Positions 36,629-46,263 of a stretch of 64,000 nucleotides of DNA are shown here, in pieces. The stretch is from Acutalibacteraceae bacterium (GTDB lineage: Bacteria; Bacillota; Clostridia; Oscillospirales; Acutalibacteraceae). Every line of letters begins with the position of its first letter. The stretch's first letter is position 1. The position numbers were made by a program, and so were the translations under genes. Under the pieces are notes generated by a model. The model saw only the letters and a program-made list of their open reading frames with translations. It was not told where the DNA came from and made no database searches. The stretch is from assembly GCA_045613045.1 (NCBI GenBank), contig JAZLAF010000013.1:22802-86801 (forward strand). Direction: 5' to 3'.

Positions 36629-39049
36629 ATGGCTCATTACGATTACGCTAACATAGAAAAAAAGTGGCAGAAATACTGGGAGGATAACGAAACCTTCAAA
36701 ACAGATGTGTGGGATTTCTCAAAGCCTAAATACTACGTTCTTGATATGTTTCCCTACCCCTCAGGCGTAGGTCTTCACGCAGGTCATCCCGAAGGCTATA
36801 CTGCTACTGATATAGTTTCAAGAATGAAGAGAATGAAGGGCTACAACGTTCTTCATCCTATGGGTTACGACTCTTTCGGTCTGCCCGCAGAGCAGTATGC
36901 CGTTAAAACAGGTCATCACCCCAACGGCTTTACTCAGGAGAATATTCACACCTTCTCAAAGCAGCTCAAAGAGCTCGGCTTTGACTATGATTGGTCAAAG
37001 ATGATTGCCACATCCGACCCCTCATACTATAAGTGGACACAGTGGATTTTCAAGCAGCTTTATCTTAAGGGTTACGCAAAGCTTGTTGATATCCCCGTTA
37101 ACTGGTGTGAGGAACTCGGCACTGTTCTTGCTAACGACGAAGTTATCGACGGCAAGAGTGAACGCGGTGGTTACCCTGTAATCCGCAAGAATATGAAGCA
37201 GTGGGTTATAGATCAGGTTGCATTTGCTGAAGAACTTCTTGACGGACTTAATGAAATCGACTGGCCCGAATCAACAAAGGATATGCAGCGTCACTGGATT
37301 GGCAAGAGCACCGGTGTTGAAGTAGAGTTCCAGCTTGTTGGCGGCGGCAAATTCTCTATCTTCACAACTTGTATCGAAACAATATACGGAATCACCTTTA
37401 TGGTTATGGCTCCTGACAGCGACCTCGTCAAGAACCTTATGCCGAGAATTGAAAACAAGGATGAGGTTAACGCTTATATTCAGGAAACCATTAAAAAGTC
37501 CGATATGGACCGTACCGACCTCAACAAAACAAAATCAGGCTGTCCTCTTAAGGGTATTTATGCAATAAACCCCGTAAATGGCAAGGAAGTTCCCGTTTAT
37601 ATCGGCGACTTCGTTCTTGCAAGTTACGGCACGGGTGCAGTTATGGCAGTCCCCAGCCACGACCAGCGTGACTTTGAATATGCGATTGTACATAACATTC
37701 CCATGATTCAGGTTATCGACGGTGCAGACGTTTCCGAATGTGCTTTCGAAAAAGGCGGATACCTCGGCAAGGGTTGCAAACTTATGAATTCAGAAGAGTT
37801 CACAGGTCTTACCGTTGAGGAAGCAAAAGAAGCAATCACCCAGAAGCTTGAAAAGATGGGTGTTGCAAAGAGAAAGGTAAACTATCATTTCCGTGAGTGG
37901 ATTTTTGCAAGACAGCGTTATTGGGGCGAACCCGTTCCCGTTTACTATACCGATGACGGCGGAATTCACGCTCTTGATGACGAAGAGCTTCCCCTTGTTC
38001 TTCCTGAACTTGAAGAGTATAAGGGCAAGAACGGTCAGGCTCCTCTTGAAAATGCAGAGGAATGGAAATATATTGAGAGAAACGGCGTAAAAGGCAAACG
38101 TGAAACATCAACAATGCCCGGTTCAGCAGGCTCAAGCTGGTATTTCATGAGATATATCGATCCCGAAAACGATAAAGCAATCTGCGATCCCGAGCTTCTT
38201 AAGCATTGGCTTCCCGTTGACCTTTACGTTGGCGGTCCCGAACACGCTGTAGGTCATCTTATGTATTCCAGAATCTGGAACAGATTCTTATATAACGAGG
38301 GCGTTTCGCCCGTTAAAGAGCCCTTCAAAAAGCTTGTTCATCAGGGTATGATCCTTGGTTCAAACGGTATCAAGATGGGTAAGAGATTCCCCGAATTTGT
38401 AGTTAATCCCTCCGATATCGTTCGTGATTACGGTGCAGATACTCTTCGCCTTTATGAAATGTTCATGGGCCCCCTTGAAGCATCAAAGCCCTGGAATAAT
38501 CAGGGTGTTGAAGGCGCAAAGCGTTTCCTTTCAAGAGTATGGAACTTCTTTACAGACGAAACAAAGCTGAACGACAGCAAATATGCTGAACTTGAAAAAA
38601 TCTATCACGTTACAATCCGTAAGGTTTCTAACGATTTTGAAAATCTCGCTTTCAACACTGCAATCAGCCAGATGATGATTTTTGTCAATGCAGTTTATAA
38701 GGCAGACAGCTGTCCCAAGGAGTTTGCAGAGGGATTCATCAAGGTGCTCAGCCCCATCGCTCCTCATATCTGCGAAGAAATCTGGGAAATGTTTGGTCAC
38801 ACCGAAACAATCGCATTCGAAAGCTGGCCCACTTATGACGAAGCAAAGTGCGTAGATAACGAGGTTGAAATTGCTGTTCAGATTAACGGCAAGGTCAGAG
38901 AAAAGCTTGTTGTTTCCGCTGAAGCAGACAGCGATACCGCTATTGCCGCAGCAAAGGCACTCGACAAGGTTGCTGAAGCAATTGAAGGCAAGACAATTGT
39001 CAAGGAGCTTTACGTAAAGGGCAGACTTGTCAATATCGTTGTCAGATAA
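36629..39049 (+). CDS. leuS: Leucine--tRNA ligase
   Basis: VLDMFPYPSG.GLHAGH, DSFGLPAE, RQRYWG, YVGGPEHAVGHL, YGADTLRLYEMFMGP. KMSKS motif reads KMGKR. Confidence 0.95.
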   Translation: MAHYDYANIEKKWQKYWEDNETFKTDVWDFSKPKYYVLDMFPYPSGVGLHAGHPEGYTATDIVSRMKRMKGYNVLHPMGYDSFGLPAEQYAVKTGHHPNGFTQENIHTFSKQLKELGFDYDWSKMIATSDPSYYKWTQWIFKQLYLKGYAKLVDIPVNWCEELGTVLANDEVIDGKSERGGYPVIRKNMKQWVIDQVAFAEELLDGLNEIDWPESTKDMQRHWIGKSTGVEVEFQLVGGGKFSIFTTCIETIYGITFMVMAPDSDLVKNLMPRIENKDEVNAYIQETIKKSDMDRTDLNKTKSGCPLKGIYAINPVNGKEVPVYIGDFVLASYGTGAVMAVPSHDQRDFEYAIVHNIPMIQVIDGADVSECAFEKGGYLGKGCKLMNSEEFTGLTVEEAKEAITQKLEKMGVAKRKVNYHFREWIFARQRYWGEPVPVYYTDDGGIHALDDEELPLVLPELEEYKGKNGQAPLENAEEWKYIERNGVKGKRETSTMPGSAGSSWYFMRYIDPENDKAICDPELLKHWLPVDLYVGGPEHAVGHLMYSRIWNRFLYNEGVSPVKEPFKKLVHQGMILGSNGIKMGKRFPEFVVNPSDIVRDYGADTLRLYEMFMGPLEASKPWNNQGVEGAKRFLSRVWNFFTDETKLNDSKYAELEKIYHVTIRKVSNDFENLAFNTAISQMMIFVNAVYKADSCPKEFAEGFIKVLSPIAPHICEEIWEMFGHTETIAFESWPTYDEAKCVDNEVEIAVQINGKVREKLVVSAEADSDTAIAAAKALDKVAEAIEGKTIVKELYVKGRLVNIVVR

Positions 39050-39097
39050 CAGAACGAGACCCGATTTTATGTCCGAAAAATTTTCGTGTTTTGGTGG

Positions 39098-39127
39098 TTG
39101 ACAATTCGGGTCAAGCTGTTGTATAAT
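39098..39127 (+). promoter_or_regulatory. rpsU promoter
   Basis: TTGACA-18 bp-TATAAT, perfect hexamers. Confidence 0.8.
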
Positions 39128-39183
39128 ACAGATTAAGTTATTATTAACAAATACCCTGTAATATCCGAGGGGAGGGAATATAA

Positions 39184-39360
39184 ATGAGCCAGGTAAAAGT
39201 TAAGGAAGGCGAATCACTCGAAAACGCACTCAGAAGATTCAAGAGACAGACTTCAAGAGACGGCGTTATCCAGGAAGTCCGCAAGAGAGAACATTACGAG
39301 AAGCCCTCTGTAAAGAGAAAGAAGAAGTCTGAGGCAGCTCGTAAGCGTAAGTTTAAATAA
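39184..39360 (+). CDS. rpsU: 30S ribosomal protein S21
   Basis: Not in the ORF track. Read by hand: [58 protein letters not shown]; GGAGGG RBS. Confidence 0.96.
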   Translation: MSQVKVKEGESLENALRRFKRQTSRDGVIQEVRKREHYEKPSVKRKKKSEAARKRKFK

Positions 39361-39378
39361 TTAAATTTACAAAAGTTT

Positions 39379-39404
39379 AAGGCACTCCGTCAGGGGTGCC
39401 TTTT
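39379..39404 (+). terminator. Intrinsic terminator after rpsU
   Basis: AAGGCACTCC-GTCA-GGGGTGCCTT followed by T-rich sequence. Confidence 0.8.
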
Positions 39405-39530
39405 ATTTTGCTCGTTATTTCTTAATTTATTATAAAATATTTTAAAAACTATTTATTTCTCTTTTTGCTCCTGCTATAATTAAAATGAGAAAAAGTCCCA
39501 AAGTAAACCGCTGTAAAAAGAGGTATAATT

Positions 39531-40250
39531 ATGTATAATATTCTGATATGTGATGACGAGGCTGATATTCGCTCTGCGATAAGAATTTATCTTGAGGCAG
39601 AGGGATACACGGTTTTTGAGGCAGAAAACGTCAGAAAGATGCTTGAAACAGTCAAAGAGGAAGAAATTCATCTTTTGATGATGGATATTATGATGCCCGT
39701 TATGGATGGCATTCAGGCTCTTTCGTTGCTCAGGGAGTTTTCAAATATTCCCGTTATTCTGCTCACCGCAAAAACGCAGGATTCCGATAAAATCCTCGGT
39801 CTTAATGCCGGTGCGGATGATTATATCACAAAGCCCTTTAATCCCGTTGAGGTAACGGCAAGAGTCAGGTCTCAGCTTCGCAGATATATGCGTCTTGGCG
39901 GTTCTGCGGTGCAGAGTGCGCCCGAAACCCTGCTTTGCAACGGCGGTATTGAGCTTGACGTCAAGGCGAAAACCGTTATTGTTGACGGTGAGCCGATAAA
40001 CCTTACTCCGACGGAATTTCTGCTTCTCAGATTCTTTATGGAAAATCAGGAGCAGGTATTTTCACCAAAGGATATTTACCGCAGAGTGTGGAACGATGAC
40101 CCATTGGGTGCAGAAAACACCGTAACGGTGCATATCCGCCATCTGCGTGAAAAAATTGAAATCAATCCTGCAAGCCCCGACTATCTCAAGGTTGTATGGG
40201 GTCACGGCTATAAAATGGAAAGCAAGCCTGCGCCGAGGGGCGAAAAATAA
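39531..40250 (+). CDS. OmpR-family response regulator
   Basis: ILICDDE, MDIMMP, LTAK, GADDYITKPF, LTPTEF, VHIRHLREKIE, VWGHGY. Confidence 0.93.
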   Translation: MYNILICDDEADIRSAIRIYLEAEGYTVFEAENVRKMLETVKEEEIHLLMMDIMMPVMDGIQALSLLREFSNIPVILLTAKTQDSDKILGLNAGADDYITKPFNPVEVTARVRSQLRRYMRLGGSAVQSAPETLLCNGGIELDVKAKTVIVDGEPINLTPTEFLLLRFFMENQEQVFSPKDIYRRVWNDDPLGAENTVTVHIRHLREKIEINPASPDYLKVVWGHGYKMESKPAPRGEK

Positions 40251-40267
40251 AATCTCATTTCAAAGGG

Positions 40268-42298
40268 GTGGATACCGTGGGCAGCAATATGCGCTCCGAT
40301 ACTGACCGTACGTCCGCTATCATCATTCTTTTGTGTATGGCGATGGTTGCGGTTGGCTGCGTTCTTGGTATATCATATCTTGTTGAATATAACTTCTACG
40401 AAGAGGGTGACGGCGGCAAAACAGCAAAAACCGTCGCCTTCCAGCTTTATTCTTTGGATGACCTTGAACAGGCAAAAGACTATTACAGCTGTTTCTATCA
40501 GGATGAGGACAGCTACAGACTCAACTACTACAAAGATAAATTCTCAACCGACAGAACAAACTTTGTTTTCTACATTACAGATAACAGCGGACGAATTTAT
40601 TATACAAATTCAAAATCTGATATCAGTGGCATTGAAGGGGAGTTTTTATCTGCGGAATATAAAGGTAATGCCAGCTTTTTTATTTATGACAATGAGGGCG
40701 AAACCATACCGCTGAGAATAAATTATTTTGTTTCTCATCTGGAAGAAAGCCGTGTCAACGACAAGTATTCAAGCGCGTTCCGATGGATTAAAATTGCCGA
40801 TTCACTCAAATACAGTCTGTTTCTTGCTCTTGCGGTTGCAGCGGTTGTAATTATAATTATGCTTTCGCAGATAACGATAAACGCAGGTATAAAAGAAAAA
40901 GAATCGGGCGAAGTTGAACCGGGCTTCATTGATAAAATACCTTTTGACGTTTGTTTGCTTTTCCTTGCCTCAGTTTTCGGAATCTCCTGGGTCATTATGG
41001 GTCTGACTATGGCAGGCGACGTCGGAATGGTACTAAATAACGTTATCATAATGATTCTTTTTGTTGCCCTGCTTCTTATTCTTATGACGTTTTTGCAGAC
41101 CCTTTCCGTCCGAGTAAAGATGGGCAGGATTTTCAAAAACACGGTAATTTACAGAGTTATAAGAAAGTTCAAGAGAAAAACACCGAGAAACCTGAGAAAG
41201 AGGATTTTTAAAGAGATGAGCTTCTTCAAAAAAATGTGCATAGGTATTGCGCTTTATATTGCTGCAGAAGCGTCTATCCTTCTTGCAATGGCGTATCTCG
41301 GAATCATCGGAGAAGTTTTTGCACCGATGAGCGTTCTGGGTATGTTCCTTGTTGTATGGGCACTTTCAAGACTCATTCTTGTTCCGATTATCGCAATGGT
41401 CGCAATCAACCTCAATTATATCCGTGAAGAGGGTCAGCGTCTTGCGGAAGGTGTGCTCGGTGACGAAATCGCAAGTAAGTTAACCATTGCAAGTTTCAAA
41501 GCTCACGGCAAAAACCTTGACCTTATTAAAAAAGAAATCAATAAGGCGATGGAGCAGGAAATCAAGAGCGAAAGGCTCAAGAGCGAGCTTATCACCAACG
41601 TTTCACACGATATCAAAACACCGCTTACCTCAATAGTAAGCTACGTTGATATTCTTCGCAGGGAAGAAACAACCGACGAAGAAAGAGAAAAATATCTGGA
41701 GATTCTTTCCCACCACACAAAAAATCTCAATCTCCTGCTTGATGAACTCATCGAGGCTTCAAAAATCAGCTCGGGCAATATTGAAATTGAGCTTTCAAAA
41801 ATAAGTATGAATATCATTATCAGCCAGACCGTTGAGGAATTTGCGGATAAGCTTGATAAAAACGCATTGCTTCCCAGAATTTCGATGCCCGATGACGACG
41901 TTTACGTTATGGGTGATGGCAGATGGATATGGCGCATTCTCTCAAACCTTCTGAATAATGCGTGTAAATATGCCGTGCCTGATACAGACGTTGAAATAGA
42001 CCTCAAGGAAGCTGACGGAAAAGCAATTCTCACAATCAGCAACGAAGCGAAAAGCGAGATAACCGTTGATGCTCAGGAGCTTACAGAAAGATTTGTCAGA
42101 GGCGACAGCTCGCGTCACACCGAGGGAAGCGGTCTCGGATTATCGATTACCAAGATTCTTGCCGAGCTTCAGGCTGCCCAGCTTGAAGTTGAGGTCGATG
42201 ATTCACAGAAGTTCACTGCAAAACTGATTTTTGACGTTGCAGAGGAAAAGACCGAATCCAAAAAGAAAAAATCGCACGGTGGAGGAAAAAACAAGTGA
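40268..42298 (+). CDS. Membrane sensor histidine kinase
   Basis: Multiple TMs; H box NVSHDIKTPL, N box NLLNNACKY, G boxes ERFVRGD and GSGLGLSI. Confidence 0.92.
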   Translation: MDTVGSNMRSDTDRTSAIIILLCMAMVAVGCVLGISYLVEYNFYEEGDGGKTAKTVAFQLYSLDDLEQAKDYYSCFYQDEDSYRLNYYKDKFSTDRTNFVFYITDNSGRIYYTNSKSDISGIEGEFLSAEYKGNASFFIYDNEGETIPLRINYFVSHLEESRVNDKYSSAFRWIKIADSLKYSLFLALAVAAVVIIIMLSQITINAGIKEKESGEVEPGFIDKIPFDVCLLFLASVFGISWVIMGLTMAGDVGMVLNNVIIMILFVALLLILMTFLQTLSVRVKMGRIFKNTVIYRVIRKFKRKTPRNLRKRIFKEMSFFKKMCIGIALYIAAEASILLAMAYLGIIGEVFAPMSVLGMFLVVWALSRLILVPIIAMVAINLNYIREEGQRLAEGVLGDEIASKLTIASFKAHGKNLDLIKKEINKAMEQEIKSERLKSELITNVSHDIKTPLTSIVSYVDILRREETTDEEREKYLEILSHHTKNLNLLLDELIEASKISSGNIEIELSKISMNIIISQTVEEFADKLDKNALLPRISMPDDDVYVMGDGRWIWRILSNLLNNACKYAVPDTDVEIDLKEADGKAILTISNEAKSEITVDAQELTERFVRGDSSRHTEGSGLGLSITKILAELQAAQLEVEVDDSQKFTAKLIFDVAEEKTESKKKKSHGGGKNK

Positions 42299-43164
42299 AA
42301 ATAAAAATAGTTGCGGCGGCGGTGCTGATTCTTGCAGTATCGTTTCTCGTTGCGTGTTCGGGCGAAAAAACCGAGCCGACAACAGTGCCATCAACTAAGC
42401 GGAAAACAACCGCGGAGTCAACAACTCTGTCGGTTACGGCTACAACCGTGCCCGTAACACGTCCGATAATGCAGGGGGAAGAAATTATGATGGTAAAGCC
42501 TTCTGAAGATTCGGCAATGCCTGAAACAACAAAAAAAGTAACAGAGCCTATGGTAACGGTTGCAGGCCATGTATACAGCGATACTGCAGTTGAAAGAATT
42601 AAAGGCAAATACGGGGTTGTTATCAGCGAATATAAAAATATCTATTTCCAGATTGTCGGCGGTCAAAGAGTTGACGTCGGTTCGGAAATTACAAACTACT
42701 ATTATAACAGAAGCGGATATAAGGCGACCTATGAGGAGCTTCTGCCTGCCGCAAAAGAAAATCGCAATAAATACAGTGCATATATCAGCGAGATTCTGAA
42801 AATCCTTAACGGATACCGTGCAGAAAAAGGGTTAGCACCGCTGAAGCTTAACGAAAAGCTGACTGTTATGTCTTGCGTCAGAGCTGAAGAAATAGCGTGG
42901 TCGGGTGTGCAGGGGCACAAAAGACCCGATGGCAGAAAGTGTTTCTCGATTTATTCTGAAGCTGGCTTTGACGAGGGCACGGCAGGTGAGAATCTCGGAT
43001 ACGGATTCTGGAAACCCGAGGAAGTGTGCCTTGCCTGGAAAAACTCAAAAACTCATTATAACAATATTATTGATCCCCGATTCACCACAATCGGAATCGG
43101 TGTTGCGGCAGACCCCGATGAGGATGGCAAACTCGTTTGGGCAACGCACTTTTTAAGTGAGTAA
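42295..43164 (+). CDS. CAP (SCP) domain lipoprotein
   Basis: Lipobox LVAC, Thr-rich linker, LNGYRAEKGLAPL, HKRPDG, GENLG, WKNSKTHYNNI, IGIG. Confidence 0.85.
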   Translation: MKIKIVAAAVLILAVSFLVACSGEKTEPTTVPSTKRKTTAESTTLSVTATTVPVTRPIMQGEEIMMVKPSEDSAMPETTKKVTEPMVTVAGHVYSDTAVERIKGKYGVVISEYKNIYFQIVGGQRVDVGSEITNYYYNRSGYKATYEELLPAAKENRNKYSAYISEILKILNGYRAEKGLAPLKLNEKLTVMSCVRAEEIAWSGVQGHKRPDGRKCFSIYSEAGFDEGTAGENLGYGFWKPEEVCLAWKNSKTHYNNIIDPRFTTIGIGVAADPDEDGKLVWATHFLSE

Positions 43165-43180
43165 AAAACACAAAATAAAA

Positions 43181-43220
43181 CGGCTTGTACGGGATATCCC
43201 ATACAAGCCGTAATTTTTTT
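43181..43220. terminator. Intrinsic terminator between convergent genes
   Basis: CGGCTTGTA...TACAAGCCG stem flanked by A and T tracts. Confidence 0.75.
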
Positions 43221-43233
43221 CTAATACTGTAAC

Positions 43234-44625
43234 TTATGCCTTCTTTTTCTTGCCGAGGATGATGTTAACAAGAATGCCGAGGATAAGAGCAGTTGCGATT
43301 GATGTGATCTGAATCTTGCCGAAGTTGAGTGCAAGACCGCCGATGCCTGCGATGAGGATAACTGAAACAACGAAGAGGTTTCTGTTATCTTCAAGGTTAA
43401 CCTTCTGAACCATCTTGAGACCGCTTACTGCGATGAAGCCGTAAAGAGCCATGCAGATACCGCCCATTACGCAAGAGGGAATTGAGTTAACAAATGCAAC
43501 GAAGGGGGAAACGAAGGCAATGAGAATTGCAAGAACTGCTGCTGTGATGATTGTTGCAACGGAAGCGTTTCCTGTGATGGCAACGCAAGCAACTGATTCG
43601 CCGTATGTGGTGTTGGGGCAGCCGCCGAATACTGAACCGACAATTGAGCCTACGCCGTCACCGAGAAGAGTTCTATGAAGACCGGGCTCTTTGATGAGGT
43701 CTTTTTCGATGATGGAGGAGATGTTTTTGTGGTCAGCGATGTGCTCAGCGAAAACAACGAATGCAACGGGAACGTATGCCATTGCAAGTGAGCCGATGTA
43801 TGCACCGTCAACTTCCTTAATGCCCTTGATTGCCTGAACGAATGTGAAGTCAGGGAACTGGAAGAAGGTGTTGATTGTAACACCGTCAGCCCAGAGGTTT
43901 GTGATGGGAGAGAAATCGATTACCTTGAGAGCATCGATGCCTGCAGCACCGCCGATAACTGTGAAGATTGCGGCTACGGCATAACCTGAAAGGATACCGA
44001 TGATGAAGGGGATGAGCTTTGCTGTTTTCTTGCCGAAAACGGAGCAGAGCATTGTTACGAGAAGAGCAACGAGACCGCAAACGATTGCGATGAGTGTGTG
44101 GCCGCCGGCGGGAGCTGTCTGAAGATCACCGACTGCGTTACCTGCAAGAGAAAGACCGATGATTGAAACTGTGGGGCCGATAACCTGCTTGGGCATAAGC
44201 TTTTCAATCCAGTTAACGCCTGCAACTTTAACGATTGCTGCGATAACAACGTAAACAAGACCTGCCATTGCGGCACCGATAACAAGACCTGCAAAACCTG
44301 CCTGAGCTGAAACGGCACCTGCAAAAGCAGCGGCCATTGAGCCGAGGAAAGCAAAGGAGGAGCCGAGGAAAACGGGGCTCTTTGCTTTAGTGAAGAGAAT
44401 GTAAACGAGCGTGCCGACACCTGCACCGAGAAGTGCTGCGGCAGGGCTCATCTGAGCATTGAATTCCCAGGTAACAGCACCGCTTTCAATTGCTGAAAGA
44501 ACGTTGCCGTTTGTGATAACGGGAACAACGAGGGTTGCAGCCATAATTGCAAGAAGCTGCTGAAATGCGAAAATGATGAGTTGGCCGAATTTGGGTTTGT
44601 CTTTGATGTTGTAGACGAGTTTCAT
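43234..44625 (-). CDS. Uracil/xanthine permease (NAT/NCS2 family, UraA-like)
   Basis: FLGSSFAF, EHIADH, GLHRTLLGDG, PNTTYGES, GGICMALYGFIAVSG. Confidence 0.9.
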   Translation of the reverse strand: MKLVYNIKDKPKFGQLIIFAFQQLLAIMAATLVVPVITNGNVLSAIESGAVTWEFNAQMSPAAALLGAGVGTLVYILFTKAKSPVFLGSSFAFLGSMAAAFAGAVSAQAGFAGLVIGAAMAGLVYVVIAAIVKVAGVNWIEKLMPKQVIGPTVSIIGLSLAGNAVGDLQTAPAGGHTLIAIVCGLVALLVTMLCSVFGKKTAKLIPFIIGILSGYAVAAIFTVIGGAAGIDALKVIDFSPITNLWADGVTINTFFQFPDFTFVQAIKGIKEVDGAYIGSLAMAYVPVAFVVFAEHIADHKNISSIIEKDLIKEPGLHRTLLGDGVGSIVGSVFGGCPNTTYGESVACVAITGNASVATIITAAVLAILIAFVSPFVAFVNSIPSCVMGGICMALYGFIAVSGLKMVQKVNLEDNRNLFVVSVILIAGIGGLALNFGKIQITSIATALILGILVNIILGKKKKA

Positions 44626-44870
44626 TTTGGACCTCCATATAATTTTTTAGGATTTGCCATTAACATTCTATCATCATAAAATGTAATTGTAAACCCCTTT
44701 TCGGACATATTGCGACACAATGTTTGAGCAAAATTATTGTTTAAAATGTATATTTCAGAGCGTAATTATGATATGTTACAAAAATTTTTTATTTGCTTGA
44801 CATTGATGTTTTGTTGTGCTATACCTTAAGAGGTTTAATTATACAAATTTAAAAGAAATCAGGCGAAAAA

Positions 44871-46151
44871 ATGGAAACTTTACTTTGTTTGTCAATCGCT
44901 CTTGCGGCAGGTCTTTTTATGAGCCGTCTTACAAAGGTGCTCAACCTGCCTTCAGTAACCGCATATCTTGTTGCGGGTATTATCGTCGGTCCCTATTGCC
45001 TCGGCAGACTTGGTATTCCGGGTCTTGGCTTTGTATCGAGCGAAAACGTCAAGGAATTTGAAATTATCTCAAACGTTGCTCTCGGTTTCATTGCTTTTGC
45101 AATAGGCAATGAATTCAGACTTTCACAGCTGAAGCAGGTTGGTAAAAAAGCAACCTTTATCGGTATTTTCCAGGCACTTGTTGCAACGCTCTGCGTTGAC
45201 GCAGCTCTTATCGGTCTGCACTTTGTTCTCGGTGACAAGCTGCCTCTTCCTATGGCAGTTACCCTCGGTGCGGTAGCCGCTGCAACTGCTCCTGCCGCAA
45301 CGCTTATGGTTGTAAGGCAGTATAAAGCAAAGGGTAAGCTTACCGATTTGCTCCTTCCCATCGTTGCTATCGACGATGCCGTCGGTCTGATTATTTTTGC
45401 CGTTTCCTTCGGTATTTCCAAGGCACTCATTCACGGCGAATTCAGTGTTGCGGCTATCGTTCTTGAGCCGATTCTTGAAATCGTTTGCTCACTCGGTCTG
45501 GGTGCAATTATGGGTGTGCTTTTCACATTCTGCGAAAAGTTCTTCAGTTCAAACAGCAAGCGTCTTTGCCTTTCAATAACTTGTGTTATCTTCACGGTTG
45601 CTCTTTCAATGCTCAAGTTTGAAATCGGCGGAATTCATATCGGTTTCTCAACTCTTCTCGTATGCATGATGCTCGGCACGATGTTCTGCAACCTTTGTGA
45701 TTTCTCGGCTGAAATTATGGAAAAGACAGACAAATGGACTAACCCCATTTTCACACTTTTCTTTGTTCTCAGCGGTGCAGAGCTTGAACTCAGCGTATTT
45801 ACCGATGCGGCGATTGTCGGTATTGGTGTTGCATATATTGTTTCTCGTTCAATCGGTAAGTATTTTGGCTCATATTCAAGCGCAAAAATCTGCGGTTGTG
45901 AGAAGAAAACAACAAAATATCTCGGCATTACACTTCTTCCGCAGGCAGGTGTTGCTCTCGGAATGAGTGTTACGGCAATGGAGCTTGGCGAGGTAGGCGC
46001 TCTCATCAGAAACATCGTTCTCTTCTCTGTTCTTATCTATGAGCTTGTTGGTCCGACGCTTACCAAAATGGCGCTCACAAGAGCAGGCGAAATCGAACCC
46101 AAGCAGCCTCATCACCACAGAAAAAACAGACCTGCACCCGCAAAAATATAA
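44871..46151 (+). CDS. Cation:proton antiporter
   Basis: LGFIAFAIGNEF, ATAPAAT, VAIDDAVG, FFVLSGAEL, LLPQAGVALG. Confidence 0.88.
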   Translation: METLLCLSIALAAGLFMSRLTKVLNLPSVTAYLVAGIIVGPYCLGRLGIPGLGFVSSENVKEFEIISNVALGFIAFAIGNEFRLSQLKQVGKKATFIGIFQALVATLCVDAALIGLHFVLGDKLPLPMAVTLGAVAAATAPAATLMVVRQYKAKGKLTDLLLPIVAIDDAVGLIIFAVSFGISKALIHGEFSVAAIVLEPILEIVCSLGLGAIMGVLFTFCEKFFSSNSKRLCLSITCVIFTVALSMLKFEIGGIHIGFSTLLVCMMLGTMFCNLCDFSAEIMEKTDKWTNPIFTLFFVLSGAELELSVFTDAAIVGIGVAYIVSRSIGKYFGSYSSAKICGCEKKTTKYLGITLLPQAGVALGMSVTAMELGEVGALIRNIVLFSVLIYELVGPTLTKMALTRAGEIEPKQPHHHRKNRPAPAKI

Positions 46152-46161
46152 TGCTGAAAAG

Positions 46162-46190
46162 AAAAAATCCCGCTTTTGCGGGATTTTTTT
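46162..46190 (+). terminator. Intrinsic terminator
   Basis: AAAAAATCCCGC-TTTT-GCGGGATTTTTT. Confidence 0.8.
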
Positions 46191-46263
46191 GCATTTTATA
46201 GTGCAAACGCAAAAACATTGTGCTATTATAAAAGCATAATCCTAACGGAAAGGCGGAAGGAAT

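Noticed and set aside
39069-44708. Shared 11-mer ATGTCCGAAAA at 39069 and (reverse) 44698 as a regulator site
   Set aside because: Only two copies, not palindromic, and not an exact Spo0A box; could be chance.
44626-44870. PyrR attenuator or purine riboswitch upstream of the uracil/xanthine permease
   Set aside because: The promoter (TTTACA-17-TAGAAT) leaves only a short leader with no PyrR-binding loop or terminator/antiterminator.
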